In this document: positions 44,824-59,679 of the stretch, one piece after another
Position numbering within the stretch: position 1 is the first letter of the stretch
Layout of the letters: each line of letters begins with the position of its first letter
NCBI GenBank assembly: GCA_964016885.1
Contig: OZ024756.1
Span: 44,454,001-44,518,000 of the forward strand
DNA length: 64,000 nt
Direction of reading: 5' to 3'
From: Eledone cirrhosa
Lineage: Eukaryota
Notes under the pieces: generated by a model
Databases searched by the model: none
Seen by the model: the letters and a program-made list of their open reading frames with translations, nothing else
What the model was told of the DNA's origin: nothing
Made by a program: the position numbers and the translations under genes

Positions 44824-45929
44824 CTCGTGTGTGTGTGGGGGGGGGGGCTATATACATATATAGAGAGAGGGGGAGAAAGAAAGAGACACAGACAGCTAAA
44901 CACAGAGAAACAAAGAGATAGAAACATGTTTCACCTGTTACAAGCTCATCAGCTGTGCTTACTTCATCCGTTCTATAAGGAAAAAGTTAGCTTACAACTA
45001 CTTGTTGATTGAGACACGAATATATATATATATATATATATATGTAGATAAATCTACCAAGAGTTTACGGTAGTGTCCAATCCGTATGAAATATATATAT
45101 ATGGGGGGGGGGGGTGTAGAGAGACTAAATGTAATGTACTAAATGTAATATACTGAGGTCGATTTGGTTGATTTTCTCCTTCCCTTCAAATAGCTGGCCG
45201 TGTACCTAATGTAGAAGCAATATTAGACATGCACTTTCTTTTCTAAAGAATATTCTAAAATGCTGTTCTTATAAAGAAGTTATGTTTGTGTTATTTTCTC
45301 TCTTCGTAGAGTTTAATAGCTTTATCGGAGGAAATGAAATTATTTTTAGATTACTAGAAAGTCTTAATGTCTTAATGTCAGAGCTAATATCATTTAGAAA
45401 AGTATTCACCTGATTACGGAAGTGTTTGTTGGCTATCATAATTAAAAGGACCTTAATATCTGATGTGGGAGTTTTTCACGTCATCATGTCATGCTGTCCA
45501 GTTCTGAGACTCTTTCCGTGAACTCAGAAGCGTAAAAATGGTTTTCCAGTCGCTGCGCTTAACTATATCATACTTACACCCACACACGCCTTATTCTTGT
45601 AGATTCTTAGAGTAATATTTAGTTGATGAAATGATGTGGGTATGTGATTGGTGTATACACACACACACTCACACACACACTCACACACACTCATACACAC
45701 ACACACACACTAATTCTCTCCCTCTTTATATCATGCTCCCTCTCTCTCCCACACAGTGAACGCCCCCCCCCCCCCCATTGACTGCTGTGTCAATTCCAAC
45801 ACAACACCCAGGAATATCTGATTTGTCAGGATCTTGGTCATGATTACATCAAAGACAAAATCGATATTTCATCATGACAGCATCACGTGCTGATGCTCCG
45901 AGTTGAGGAAATGGGGCTGGTATAGCAGA

Positions 45930-46580
45930 AGGTGGTGGTGGTGGTGTGTTGATGGGTGGTGGTGGTAGTTGTGATGGTCGTGGTGTAGCTGGTGGTGGAG
46001 GTGTAGCAGACGTTATTGGTGGTGGTGGTAGCAGGGATGATGGAGGTGGCAGTGGTGGTAGTGGTGGTGATGGTGGTGGTGGTGGTGGTCGTCGTGGCAG
46101 TAGTAGTGGTGGTAGTGATGATGGAGGTAGCAGTGGTGGTAGTGGTGGTGATGGTGGAGGTGGCAGTGGTGGTAGTGGTGGTGATGGTGGTGGTGGTGGT
46201 GGCAGTGGTGGTGGTAGTGATGATGGGGGTAGCAGTGGTGGTAGTGCTGGTAGAGGTGGCAGTGGTGGTAGTGATGATGGACGTGGCAGTGGTGGTAGTG
46301 GTGATGATGATTGAGGTGGCAGTGATGGTAGTGATGGTGGCGGTGGTAGCAGTAGTAGTGGTGGTAGTGATGATGGAGGTAGCAGTGGTGGTAGTGGTGG
46401 TGATGGTGGAGGTGGCAGTGGTGGTGGTGGTAGTGATGATGGAGGTGGTGGAAGTTGTGGTGGTGACAGTAGTAGTGGTGGTAGTGATGATGGAGGTGGC
46501 AGTGGTGGTGGTAAAGGTGGAGGTGGTGGCATTTGTGGTGGTAGCAGGGATGATGTGGTTGGCAGTGGTGGTGGTAGGAG
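45930..46580. repeat. GGT/AGT/GAT-rich trinucleotide minisatellite
   Basis: Recurrent GATGATGGAGGTGGCAGTGGTGGTAGT-type units. Confidence 0.9.
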
Positions 46581-47112
46581 CGATGTTTTATTTAAAGAAG
46601 CTGATTAAACAGTAAAAACCAACCAAGACGGTATAAAACAAAAATAAGAATAAAAAATATAACCAGTCTAATATATTTAAATTGGTCGGACATTTTGTTT
46701 GGCTTTTCTCTCTCTCTCTCTCTCAATCACCGTCTCTGGCTATTTCTCTCTTTCTCCCTCTATCAATCTCTCTCAATCTTTCTATCACCGTCTATTTCTC
46801 TCTCTCTCTCTTTTCTCTCCCTGAATCCCCCCCCCTGTCTCAACCTCTCTCCCTTCTCTCGAAACAACTTCTTCACTACATGCACTCTATGACCCCACAA
46901 TTGACATGTTGGCAACTCGTTCGACTGCTTCAGACACTGAGATGTCATAACTATATTTATATATATATACACTCAGTGGCGCATATACACGCATGCACGG
47001 ATATATGCAAGCTGACATATATGTATACAGATACGTATATATGTGTATATTTATATATACTATGCATATGTATACGTATGTTTATATATATGTGTATATA
47101 TTTGTGTACGTA

Positions 47113-47190
<78 letters not shown>

Positions 47191-47364
47191 TATATAAATA
47201 TATATATACATATGGATATGTGTACACACATGGATATAATAGATTGTTACGTTGGTACGTGTATATGTATTTATGTGCATAAACAAGAATATATGGCAGT
47301 GCCCTAGCTTGGGCTCAGCCCTCGACTGGAACACAGATAGATAAAAATACACCTGTAGTCTAGT

Positions 47365-47637
47365 CTACAGAGCCAGGAGGCTCATCAAAGCTGGTACTTA
47401 TCCTGGTTTTGTGGTGTGAAGCGACTGAGAGTACACCTCCTCCCTGGACAGAACACCAGTCCATCGCAGGGTTAAATGCCAGCTACTCTCTGGTACTCAT
47501 TTTCAGCTGAGTATACTATAGCAACGTGAAAGGAAGTGTTTTGCTCAAGAATACAACACAACCCCGCCTAAAAATAGAACCCACGATATTATGATCATAA
47601 GTCTAACAACCTTACCGCTAAGCTATGTGGCTGCATC
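47365..47637 (-). mobile_element. tRNA-derived SINE of a second family
   Basis: Minus strand: tRNA-like head (TAGCTTAGCGGTAAG...GGTTCTATT), then GTGTTGTATTCTTGAGCAAAACACTT and CCCTGCGATGGACTGG...TGTCCAGGG, which resemble conserved central SINE domains. Confidence 0.7.
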
Positions 47638-48218
47638 GATGCACCTCTACGCTGACTTAAATTGATATTTAGAAAATTGTTACAGAATCGACTAAAATAT
47701 GCTTAGTCACGCTCCATTGCCTGATTCCTTGTTCAATGTTTAATCGATTTTGTTACAGAAGTTGATTGATTCTCTTATTTTATTAGAGACAGGTATAATA
47801 AAGATTTTTTTTCTTATTATGGGTGTAATTTTATTTGGTTAAAATATTTCTCTTTTAGTTCTCTGCATTAAGTACGATAAGAGCGACTATATCACCTTAA
47901 GTCAATTAATTTGTGAAATTGATGTTGGTGTAAAAAGGATACACTTTCAACGACTTGTAGCCATGTTTATGATTTAGTAGACAGGCGGTCAGAGAAACGA
48001 GATGACAAGTAAAATATCCAATTATACGATTTATAAAGAGAGAGAACAAGAAGTTCAAAATAGACGAGAGCACAAAAAACGGATACTTCATGTATTGTTC
48101 TCCAAAATATAAGATGTTAAGATGAGACAGCTTTTACTGTATAAAATTAAAGATCAAACATAACTGTGCTTATGTCCGTCTGTGTGTATGTGTCCATGAG
48201 ATAGGTTACACTATATAT

Positions 48219-48264
<46 letters not shown>

Positions 48265-49648
48265 CAAGGAAGCAACAAACAGAGGTTCGCAAAGTCTTAT
48301 TAGTTTCACGCTTTATATTGTAAAGAGGAAAGAAAGTTCGACGTGTCGGGCTTAAGCTCTTCTTCAGGAATACAAAATAAAGACAGGATCTCAAAGGAGA
48401 AACAGAAAAAAAGGTCTGAGTAAAGACAAAAAAAAAATCGAAAATATATATAGATCTCGTGGCCAGAACAATCTGGAATGAACTACGAAAGACAAAAGTA
48501 AAAACAAATAGGGAGGAATACGTTGAGACATGTCTCAAAGGAATGCTGGTCAGACCTAAAAATATAAAACGCCTCCGGCCTGATATTTCTATTAAAAGCC
48601 AAACATTAGATACATACTTTTTTTTTTTTAGAAGTCCGTTGCACACTCGATGTAACGGTAATAAAAAGAATACAAGAGAAGCATGGTGCTTGCAGACTCT
48701 TTATGGGGAGTTTGCAGATCCATTACCCAAGGAATAAGTTCATATCTATTACTTGGAGAGAAAGAACGTAGTTCCAGAATTCATAAGAGACAAATGACCA
48801 CGGTATATGAAACCTTCAAAATTAAGAGAAAGTGAAGAAAATAAATACATACATACGTAAGTATGTGTATATATACACACATTTGCATATATCTACATAC
48901 AAACACGTGCGTGAGTGTGAGTGAGAGAGAGTAAACTAGGAACAACACACACAGAACGCAGGCCTAGAATAAATATTATATACATATGTATAATGTAAAT
49001 ATAATTTTCTCTATTTATTTCAGGAGAATTCAATAGATCTGATGTGAACTTGATCGATGTATTTGATTATCAACAGTCAAGTGACTACTGAGTGCATGAT
49101 TTTCATATTTGTTGGGAGAAATAAATATTGGCAATCTTATGTATGCCACACAAAAGACCACCGAATATATATATATATGTGTACCCCCACACATATATAT
49201 ATATATATGTACCCCCACACATATATATATATATATGAGTATATTCACACACGGTGTGGGGTGTGTTTAGAGTGTATATATCTTCATATAATTGTATAGC
49301 CACGTCTAATTGTCTTCATGCAAATACATATAAAATGTTATTTTCTTTCTACCCCTCCCCGCTTCAATATACACAAACCTACGACATATATTTTTAAATA
49401 GAGACTTTCCTTAACGTATGACTTATTTCTAGTTATCGTATATAACACAGGTGTTTCTGTTCTTACATATAACCTCAGATTCTACACATACCTCATATAA
49501 ATCAGTCATGAGTAACCTTTATTTTAGCTGTGGGCTGCATGAGGTATGGCTCATCATATGGGGGGAAGCACCACTAAAAACAAATTCAAGGTAATTTTTT
49601 GTTAGGCATTCCATTCAGAAAACTAAACGGGCCAATTCAGAAAACTAA

Positions 49649-49810
49649 ACGGCTAATTCTGGACTAATTAGTCCAGAATTAGCCGTCGAAACGGCTTGAG
49701 CTCAGCCGTCGGGGTCCTGTCTCTGTTCCTATTACCCACTCTACTACCCTAAGTATCGAGTACTCTGGTGCGTTATCGTCCACCTGGTTCCTTACCACAC
49801 TTCCTTCGTT
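49649..49810 (+). mobile_element. Family A insert starting with a perfect 38-nt palindrome
   Basis: ACGGCTAATTCTGGACTAA|TTAGTCCAGAATTAGCCGT, then CGAAACGGCTTGAGCTC and the family A tail, then (TA)n. Confidence 0.85.
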
Positions 49811-50171
49811 ATATATATATATAGAGAGAGATGTTTATAAGTACACGCAGGTTCCATGAAGAAAGCCCAACAAATGTCCATGTATAATACAGAATATTTG
49901 GAGCTACGATATAAAGTCTATACAGAATAAGAGTAAACAGAAAGCATCAACTTCTGATGTAGGGAATATGTGATCCAACCTTGTATCATAAAGAGTTGAT
50001 CCTATTTCTTGACAACAAATTAATGATACTTTTATACACGTCTGTTTGTTTGTCTGCTGGTGTTATTTATATGTTTGTATATATATTTCTTATATCGTCA
50101 ACCACATACACTGACCTACATACACACAGGGCCGTAACTCTATGCTGCAAATCCCGAACAAATGATAACGA

Positions 50172-50362
50172 TAATAATTCTAGTATAGGCACAAGGCTAG
50201 CAATTTTGAGGGAGTGGAAAGTTGATTAAAACGACCTAGTGCGTTACTGGTACTTTATTTTATCGACCTCGTAAGGAGGAAAGGCACAGCTAACCTTGGC
50301 AGGATTTGAACTCAGAATGTGAAGGGCCGTAACTCTATGTCGCTAAACATCTCGTCCGAGGC
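50172..50362 (-). mobile_element. SINE (family of 4715)
   Basis: TTACTGGTACTTTATTTTATCGACC...GGATTTGAACTCAGAA. Confidence 0.75.
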
Positions 50363-50833
50363 TAACGTTGTTTTTCCTCACCATCCTGAATTCTTTAGTT
50401 ATTTCTTCTTCCATTCCATGTTTCCCTTCCATTATATCCTTATATTTGCAGGTCGGTTAATAGATTAGGGAATTTGGTATCTTTTCCATGGAGAGAAAAA
50501 CGAAAAAAGGGAAGGGGGAAAAAATTCGACAAAATTTTCGCAAATGAAATAAATAGCTAAAACGTTAGAGTGACAATTCTTATCAAATATTGTTTGGCGT
50601 GGATATATTCGATTTAGCCACAAACCTGCCATGTGTATAGGTGTTAACGTATTATTTCAGTAGATAAAGCATGAATATACTAAACCATAGCCAGAGTCTT
50701 TTATTTCTTCACTTGTTTCTTTGTCTCAAATGTCCACTTCCTTCCCCCCTCCTCTCTCTCTCTCTCTTATTTTCTGTCGTGGACAGCACAATATATACAC
50801 ATCACGCACTGCACACAAACATACACACATATG

Positions 50834-50898
<65 letters not shown>

Positions 50899-51089
50899 GA
50901 TCGACAAGATCCCAGACTTCATTCGCTTAACGAGTGGGGTGGAGCTCGTCGAATTGGACCCAGGAAATAATGTTTCCATTGGTCTGTCCAATTGGTAATA
51001 CTATCTGTCGGTCGTAAATCCAGGCAGAAGGAACAACGTGAAATAAAATGACATAACGCATCGCCCGGTCCGGGAATCGAAATCACAAA

Positions 51090-51154
<65 letters not shown>

Positions 51155-52382
51155 GTTTTAGATATTCCTTATTTTTAGGTAAGGGTACATCTTTTAGAGA
51201 AGAAGAAATCCTAAAGAATCGGTATGCAGGTGCATATTCTTTAGTACATATATATATATATATATATATAGTATATATATATATATGTATATGTGTGTGT
51301 GTGTGAGTTTTTTTATACGGTCATTATCCTGAAATAATCGTGATTCGAACGTCTTGAACTCTAGTTACCATAGAAACAAAATGGGATAAATTCTATAAAA
51401 CTAGTAACTGGGTAAATAATATACCATTCATTCTCGGGGGTATTGAGTACTTTATTTTGCATATATATGCCTTGTTTCCAACAACCAAAATACATGAATA
51501 TATATATGTAAAATTTTACGGGTGAACATGATGAGCCATCACCGTTTCCTTTCTTCCCGTCGCAGAAAACCGGGAGCAGACGATCACGAGAACGAGAAAA
51601 ATCAGGAATGCACTTGGGAAAGAAATGTTATCATTTTTAATTAAATTACTCGTCTTGATGTGTGTGAATGGTTCAATTGTTCACAATCACTTGTGGAATA
51701 GATAGCTGACAGAAAAACAAAAGCATTGAAACGTCCACAGCTATGATATACGTTGAAGATAATTGTGATCCCAATATGGCCGACAAGAATAACCCTTTCC
51801 TTTACTGTCTTCTTTGCAGTATTTCTTGATAGAGTATTAATTTATCGATTTATTCACTTGTTTATATTTAATTATGTATTTAAACAAGTATTACTAAAAC
51901 GCCATTTGTGAAAGATTATAAATTTTCTGGCAATTAACAACATCATATTTTAAAGATTGAAACATTTAAGTTTTCTTTTTTTTTAATTTCTACAACGATT
52001 TCATTTGCTTTAGTCTCTGATCACCTCATGGCGTCGTCTTCCTGAATGTTTACAGAATACTAACATTAAGTCAATATGGATTCTTTACTCCTAAACAGCT
52101 TTCTTAGTTTCTAGACCACTGACGTAGGAAAAATATATGCTAATGTGTGTGTGCATGCAAAAAGTAAACAGAGACAACAAAACGACAAATACAGTAGGAT
52201 GACAAAATATATTAGCTTAACGCCTGATATAGTAGGAAAAGAGTCGTTACGTTTCGGGCACAAATCCTTCATCAGAAGATAGAATGAAAACTAAAAGATG
52301 GAAAAAATATTTTAGAGTAAAAGAACGCCTGTATTCAGTCAGCCATTTCGTATATATACATAAACAGACAGGCACACACACA

Positions 52383-52418
<36 letters not shown>

Positions 52419-52805
52419 TAAAAGCAGCCATATTGAACTGACGTCAGAGCTAGGTTTACAGATTGGCTTATCAGCAAGTGTTATATGTACTGCTTATTTG
52501 GTTTTCACCATGATCTTTATAGATTACAGAAATCTAATTTCACGAGTTTTTATGTTTTCTTTTCTTGTAGCATATATAAGTAGCTATTCCTGACTGAGAT
52601 ACTTGTGTTCTCATTAAGGTGTTTATGTATTCTGACCTTGAGCCTTATAGTTTCACCGTTGTAAGAACCTCCGCATATTCTAAATGCTTTGCAATGTCAC
52701 CAGTTTGTGTTTGAATTTGTCTTTGTACTCATTTCATAATCAGATTCCTGAACCTATTTAGTTCCTGTGGCCAATGAATGAAACTAATTTTATGATTTCT
52801 TCAGG

Positions 52806-53195
52806 TTTCACTTGAAGAAGAAAATCAGGGTGGAAATGGAAGTGCTGCTGTCAAAACAATTTGTTGAAAGGTGGGTGATAGAAGCGAGCATAGCCCGAGT
52901 GAATGGGCCCGCTCTGAGTGTGAGCCAGTAGATTGGAGGAGAACAACTGGACAGGGCATTTACCCTAGAGATCATAGCACTCGTGATTTTATGGGTTTTT
53001 TTTTCCCAGAGTGACACTCGAATGTCTCCTCCCTATTGAGGAGTCCCCTTTGTTTTAATTCTTATTGTTATCTTTCTTTTTTATCATTGTTAAAACATTT
53101 TCCCCACAAAACTCACACCAACACACACACACACGCACACACATACACACACATTATGTTTTTCTTGGTGTAAACCCTTTGTGGTTAATAAAAAA
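52806..53195 (+). mobile_element. Possible 3' end of an L1/Tx1-like LINE
   Basis: Frame FHLKKKIRVEMEVLLSKQFVERWVIEASIARVNGPALSVSQ*, then a UTR ending in AATAAA plus an A-run. Family assignment is by recall only. Confidence 0.4.
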
Positions 53196-53516
53196 AATTC
53201 CTTATAATTATTATTATTGCTAGCAATGTCCTTCTTCTATGTCAGAGCATGAGGCAAATATAAAGAAGGAAAAAATAATAATAGCAATAATAATAAAAAA
53301 ATTGAGTTGTGTTTTGTCTGAAGAAGGCATAACATATTGTTAATATGATATCCCTGAAATATATATAACGAAATAAATATGGTTTTATAAATATAGTTTC
53401 CATTTATTTAATATCATAAATATACTCCAAATACTTGTTGAGTGCTTTTATATCAGTTATAAATATTTACTCGTTGTTAACCCAACAATTTAAATATAAC
53501 TTTCCATGTATATATA

Positions 53517-53570
<54 letters not shown>

Positions 53571-53952
53571 TTTAAAACTTTTTATCTCGACATTCTTTTC
53601 TTATCTCTCCAAAGTTCGCAAAGGTAAAAGTGGAAAAATACCACCGCCGCCACCACCAACACAACCACCGCCACCACCAACACAACCGCTGCCACCACCA
53701 ACACAATCACCGCCACCACCAACACAACCACTGCCACCATCAACATTACCTCGACGACTAGAACTAGGAGGGTGGTGATCTTGGTGATAGTTTTCCTAGT
53801 GAGGATGATAATGGTGATGATGATGTGTGGTGGTAGTGATGGTGGAAGGAACGGCAGCGATGCTGTTTGTGGTGGTAAATTTCTATACTTATCTCTACAG
53901 AGTTCAAAAAGCCAAAAGACAAAATGCTGTTGCTACTGCTGCCACTACGACG

Positions 53953-54031
<79 letters not shown>

Positions 54032-54219
54032 TTACTGCTGCTGCTACTACTTTAATAACGAGAGCTACTAATTCTACTGCCACAATTAATACTACTACAA
54101 TAACTACAGCTACCTGTAAACAGAGCTGCTACTAGAGCTACTACCACTACTACTAAAATCATTATTATTCTTGTCCCCTACATGTCGGCCCTTGTGGCTA
54201 ATAAATGAAATCATTATTA

Positions 54220-54410
54220 TTGGATTGGCAGTATTGGTAGAGGGTCGGACGCGATGCTTTGATGTATAGGGTTACGTCCCTTGCCATTCTGAGTTCAAAT
54301 CTCGCCGAGGTTAACTTTGCCTTTCATCCTTACGGGGTCGATAAAATAAAGTACCAGTAATGCACTGCGTAATTGCTGGCCGTGTGCCAAACGTAAAAAC
54401 AATTATTATT
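54220..54410 (+). mobile_element. SINE (family of 4715/9527)
   Basis: GAGTTCAAATCTCGCCGAGGTTAACTTTGCCTTTCATCCTTACGGGGTCGATAAAATAAAGTACCAGT. Confidence 0.82.
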
Positions 54411-54521
54411 CATGTTTATAAAAGAGTAATGGATAAAAAGGCAGATGCCATGGCAACAAGAATTTTCTATCCCCCATGCAGTTATCCTCCATACATTTGT
54501 ACGTTAGAAAAATACGGTAAT

Positions 54522-54645
<124 letters not shown>

Positions 54646-55093
54646 TCTATATGTATATATATATTATTACATAGTATTAGTTTTACATTTAAGGAACTAG
54701 CAATTTCATAGATACTGTTGACAAAGGTACGTATTCTCCATTATCAGAAGTTGAATATACGCCTTCTCATGACTAATAAGCGATTAGTAATCCCAAAGCC
54801 ATACACAAGTATCAAGACATATATTATTACTATTATTATTATTATTAAAAAAAGGATCCGGCGTCTCTTCGGGCAGTTGTAGACTTCAAAGGAAGCTGGA
54901 ATCTTCAACATTCTGATGAACCTGCAGTATGTTGCAAGTTATTCCTTAATAAACTGTTAAACTCCTCTACGGTATTTAGTACTAATTCTCACGTCCATCA
55001 ATACTATACGACTATATTTATGTAATTAGACTTATTTGCATGCCTATATATTCTGTATGGATATTTATATACGAATACGAGGGCTGCATACAG

Positions 55094-55153
<60 letters not shown>

Positions 55154-55282
55154 TACATGTGTGTGTGGAGAGAGTGAAATTACAATTTAAGAGAAATTTC
55201 TTCAGCGCATTCGGGTCATGAAACCACTTGGAGTGCTAAACACGGTAACGCCAGCATGTATTGCATTGTAACTTTGTAACTG

Positions 55283-55344
<62 letters not shown>

Positions 55345-55346
55345 AC

Positions 55347-55401
<55 letters not shown>

Positions 55402-55985
55402 GAGGGAGGGAGAGAAAGATGTGAGAAAGAGATAAAATGAGGGGGGAAAAGATGAATTATCATAGTCGTGTATATCGGGAAAATCTAGGCCAGAGGAACA
55501 TAAGTTCTATCTATCTGTAGATACACTCAGCCTATGTATGTCTACCAATACAGAAAAACACAGACCCTGTTTGTTTATATATCCATCATTCTATCTCTAT
55601 GTATATCTATATTGCATAGACGTAGTTTGTGTCTGTATCCTAGATACAGGCTCAAGTCTATATCAGCAATCCTGACATCCACAATCTGTTGAACAGTTTT
55701 CATACCAAATAGATCGTATCTGAGACGTATCGTGATAGAGAGAGAGTGACTGTTAGCAAAGTTAGTCTCCCAAACCACCACCGCCAGCATCACAACCATC
55801 TATTACAACAACTGCAATCACCCACTCAGATGTATGTATATACTTATATACAAATATATATATATATATATATACATATCTATATGCAGACACACACACA
55901 CACATATGTATCCATATCTATACACGCACACATATTTATGCATATCTATACACATATATATGCATATCTATACGCAAGCACACAC

Positions 55986-56058
<73 letters not shown>

Positions 56059-56180
56059 TGTGTGTGTGTGTATATATATATATATACGAGTATATATAAT
56101 GAAGCTATGAGTACATAGGCGAATGTCCAGAATAATAAGACCCTCATGATTTATCCATAATATAGAAAATTATATATACA

Positions 56181-56217
<37 letters not shown>

Positions 56218-57026
56218 GCACTCACACACATGTATATATATATAGATATATATATGTGTGTGTGTGTGTACACCATACACTCACTACACAAACATCATAT
56301 TGTATAGTCACCAAAATTAGAAATTACCTGTTTTATATTGAAAATTGTTCAAAGGAGAAATGGAGTGTGAACATGTCATCATCATCATCGTCATCACCAT
56401 CATTATCAACATCATCATCATCATCGTCATCATCATCGTCATTACCATCATCATCACCATCATCACCATCATCCTCACCATCCTCACCATCATCACCATC
56501 ATCATCAGTACCATCAGTAGCATTACCATCATCATCATCGTCGTCATTATTATTGATAGGCCTTGTGCCTAAAGTAGAAACAATTATTATTGATAGGGTC
56601 ATTCGTTCTTGTAGGAAGAAAGAAACGCTGAACGGAAATTTCGAGTGGAATGGGGGGGGGGGGGTAACAAGAAAAGAAAGAAAGGAGGGTGAAATGAAAG
56701 GAAATGTAAGGAGGGTGGAATGAAATGAAAGGAAAGTTGAGAGGAAAAAAGTGTAAAAGAGAAAAACTATAAAGAAACGATGTGAGAGAGAAAGAAGTGT
56801 GTTGTGGTGGTGAGGGAGTGAATCGTGGTGGTGGTGATTGTGATGGTAATGGAGGTGGTGGTGGTGGTGGTGGTAGTAATGGTGATGGAGGTGGTGGTGG
56901 TGGTACTGCTGCTGCTTGTAGTGGCGTTGTTACAAAGTATTTCTGTACTGTGAGATATGGAATAGGTTAGAGACATGCTGACCTATTTCCAAAAACTGAA
57001 AACTTTGTTTTCATTTATTTATTTAT

Positions 57027-57060
<34 letters not shown>

Positions 57061-57229
57061 GTTATTCCGGGTTGAATCGGAGGTAACCACAGTAAGTAAG
57101 GTACTCAATACATAGCAGAGTATAATAGTTTTAATATAGATGAGATTCTACAGGACTAGAACTGTTTCATTCCTGATGATTTCTAATGAATGAAACAGTT
57201 CTAGTCCTGTAGAATCTCATCTATATTAA

Positions 57230-57234
<5 letters not shown>
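57061..57234 (-). mobile_element. Family C insert: 47-bp fold-back with a hammerhead core at the turn, in (TA)n
   Basis: 57126-57172 mirrors 57188-57234; the loop and right arm read CTGATGA T TTC TAAT GAA T GAAA C A G TT CTAG. Related sequence at about 16690-16745. Confidence 0.85.
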
Positions 57235-57293
<59 letters not shown>

Positions 57294-58092
57294 ATTATAT
57301 GTATGGATATATATATATACACATATATGTATACACACATGTATATATATATATGTGTGTGTGTATTTATTTATTTTGTATTTCTTTGTAGATTTGATTC
57401 CTTTTGATTTTCGTTTTTTCCTTTTTAATCGTTGTTGTTAATGGTTTTGTTTGTGTTGTTGCTGTTGGAGGCTGTTGCTGCTGCTGTTGTTGTTGCTGCT
57501 GTTGGAGGCTGCTGTTGTTCTCCCCCTTCTACCTCTGCTTCTTCCTTCTTTTTCATCTTCTTCCTTCTTGGAGGCTGTTGTTGTTATTTCTTTATATATA
57601 CTTTCTTTTTATATACTTCTGTTTTTATATTTCGTCCTTTTTTATATTTATTATTTATTATTTATTTCTTCATATTTTCCATCTGTGCGTTTCCTAGAAA
57701 TAAATATATCCAGAAGAATTTTGGGGGTGTTTTATGTTCGTTTTTAACTTGTAATTGTTAATTGTTATTGTTGTTTTGTTGCCATTCACACCCTACATAT
57801 CTAAAAATATCTCAAGTCGCTTAAATATTTACCTTATTTTTTTATAAATATAGCCCAAGTTCCTTAAAATATTCCCAGCAGCATTTTGTTTCCATTAAAT
57901 GTAGTCATTAGATTTCATCACTAAATAACACTGAAACACCGAACTCCAGGATAAATGTATTGGGAGTGGTGGGAAAGCCTCAAAAGGACGGCTTGACCTG
58001 CTAGAAATAAACACACAAAGTCTCCTCAATCGGAGACTAAGAAAATCACTAATCACGGGAGAACTCAACAATGCAGGGAAAGATGCAGAGTG

Positions 58093-58209
<117 letters not shown>

Positions 58210-58949
58210 TAGTGGATTATATGAAAGCATATACTATATGGTTATATACATATGCAATAAACATATAAGAGCCTCGCTATCAAAGAAAAAAAAAACATTT
58301 TTATGTTAGGAAAAAAATTTTCTATTTTGGCTCTGTGAAAACGTCACAAATATGTCAATAGCAGTTGAGAATGCCGGACAGTGCTGTTTCAAGATTCCTT
58401 AATGTTTCATCAGTGACATTCACTCATGCGATACTGACTTCGTAACGAGAGAGCACATCGCAGCCCGGTATATTAACTCTAATTCAAAATAGATTCTGGT
58501 TTCAACCTCATCAAATCCTCATCAGCATGAATGTTAATCCCGGCTGACCTCGCTTTCCTATTTCAGCTTAACTTGGACTTTATAAGTCCTTAATAAAATA
58601 TTGTCAAAGAACTGCACGGATGAAGTATAACAATTTCGAAACGTGTGGCAACAGTTGATGACAAACTTTAATGCCAATATAGAATAACTTTCAAACTTCA
58701 CTCATTGCTTTAAATTTGTGATTAATACAGATGACAAGAATGAGAGAGAAAGAAAAGCATTTTCATGGGCGAGATACATAATGCATGTATAGTCCTATAA
58801 CTACAGAGGGCGTCGCAGGGGGGGAGGGTCGTTTTTACATACGGAGTTTCTGCGGCATTTTCTTTTTAATCTAGAGGAAACTATCCCTCTACAGATCTGA
58901 ATATAGCAAATTTCTTCCAGAGAAAGATAGAGAGTGAGAGAATAGATGT

Positions 58950-59100
58950 ACTTGACTGGATTTTTTGATCGACCTCAATTGGATGAAAGGTAAAGTTGAT
59001 CTCGACGGGATTTGAACTCAGAGAGCAGAGAGTGGAAAGGAATACTGCAGAACATTCCACCCGACGTTCTTAACGACGTTGACAATCCCCTGCCTTCGCC
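58950..59100 (-). mobile_element. SINE (family of 4715)
   Basis: GATCGACC...GGATGAAAGGTAAAGTTGATCTCGACGGGATTTGAACTCAGA. Confidence 0.75.
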
Positions 59101-59426
59101 ATACATATTACTGAATATTTATTGGATCCTAACTCTCTGTGTTGAAATACAAATAATTGCTTTTACCCTCCTTCCAGCCGAACTCTTGGAAAAAAGAATT
59201 AAGGAAAAGTGAATTATTCCACTAGACGGAAAGAAAGGGGAGAAGTAGGAGGTAGAGGAGAATTATATGACATAAGAATGATACAATGTGCTTGTGTGTT
59301 TCTATATACAGTATATATAGAATCAGACAGATCCACACAATGATCGCATCTCGAGCTGTCGGCCGGCGAAACAATTGTAACACACAATAAATTGAGTTCA
59401 GATGCATCACTGATTTTTCGTTTTCT

Positions 59427-59544
<118 letters not shown>

Positions 59545-59567
59545 TATATATATATATATATATATAA

Positions 59568-59664
<97 letters not shown>

Positions 59665-59679
59665 TATATATATATATAT

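Noticed and set aside
45849-46615. Pro-rich, Gly-rich and Val-rich ORFs
   Set aside because: All arise from one GGT-type repeat that is open in several frames; no splice or complexity support.
56256-56976. Poly-Ser, poly-Asp and poly-Gly ORFs; similar at 53.5-54.1, 57.4-57.8 and 63.5-63.8 kb
   Set aside because: Trinucleotide microsatellites with no exon evidence.
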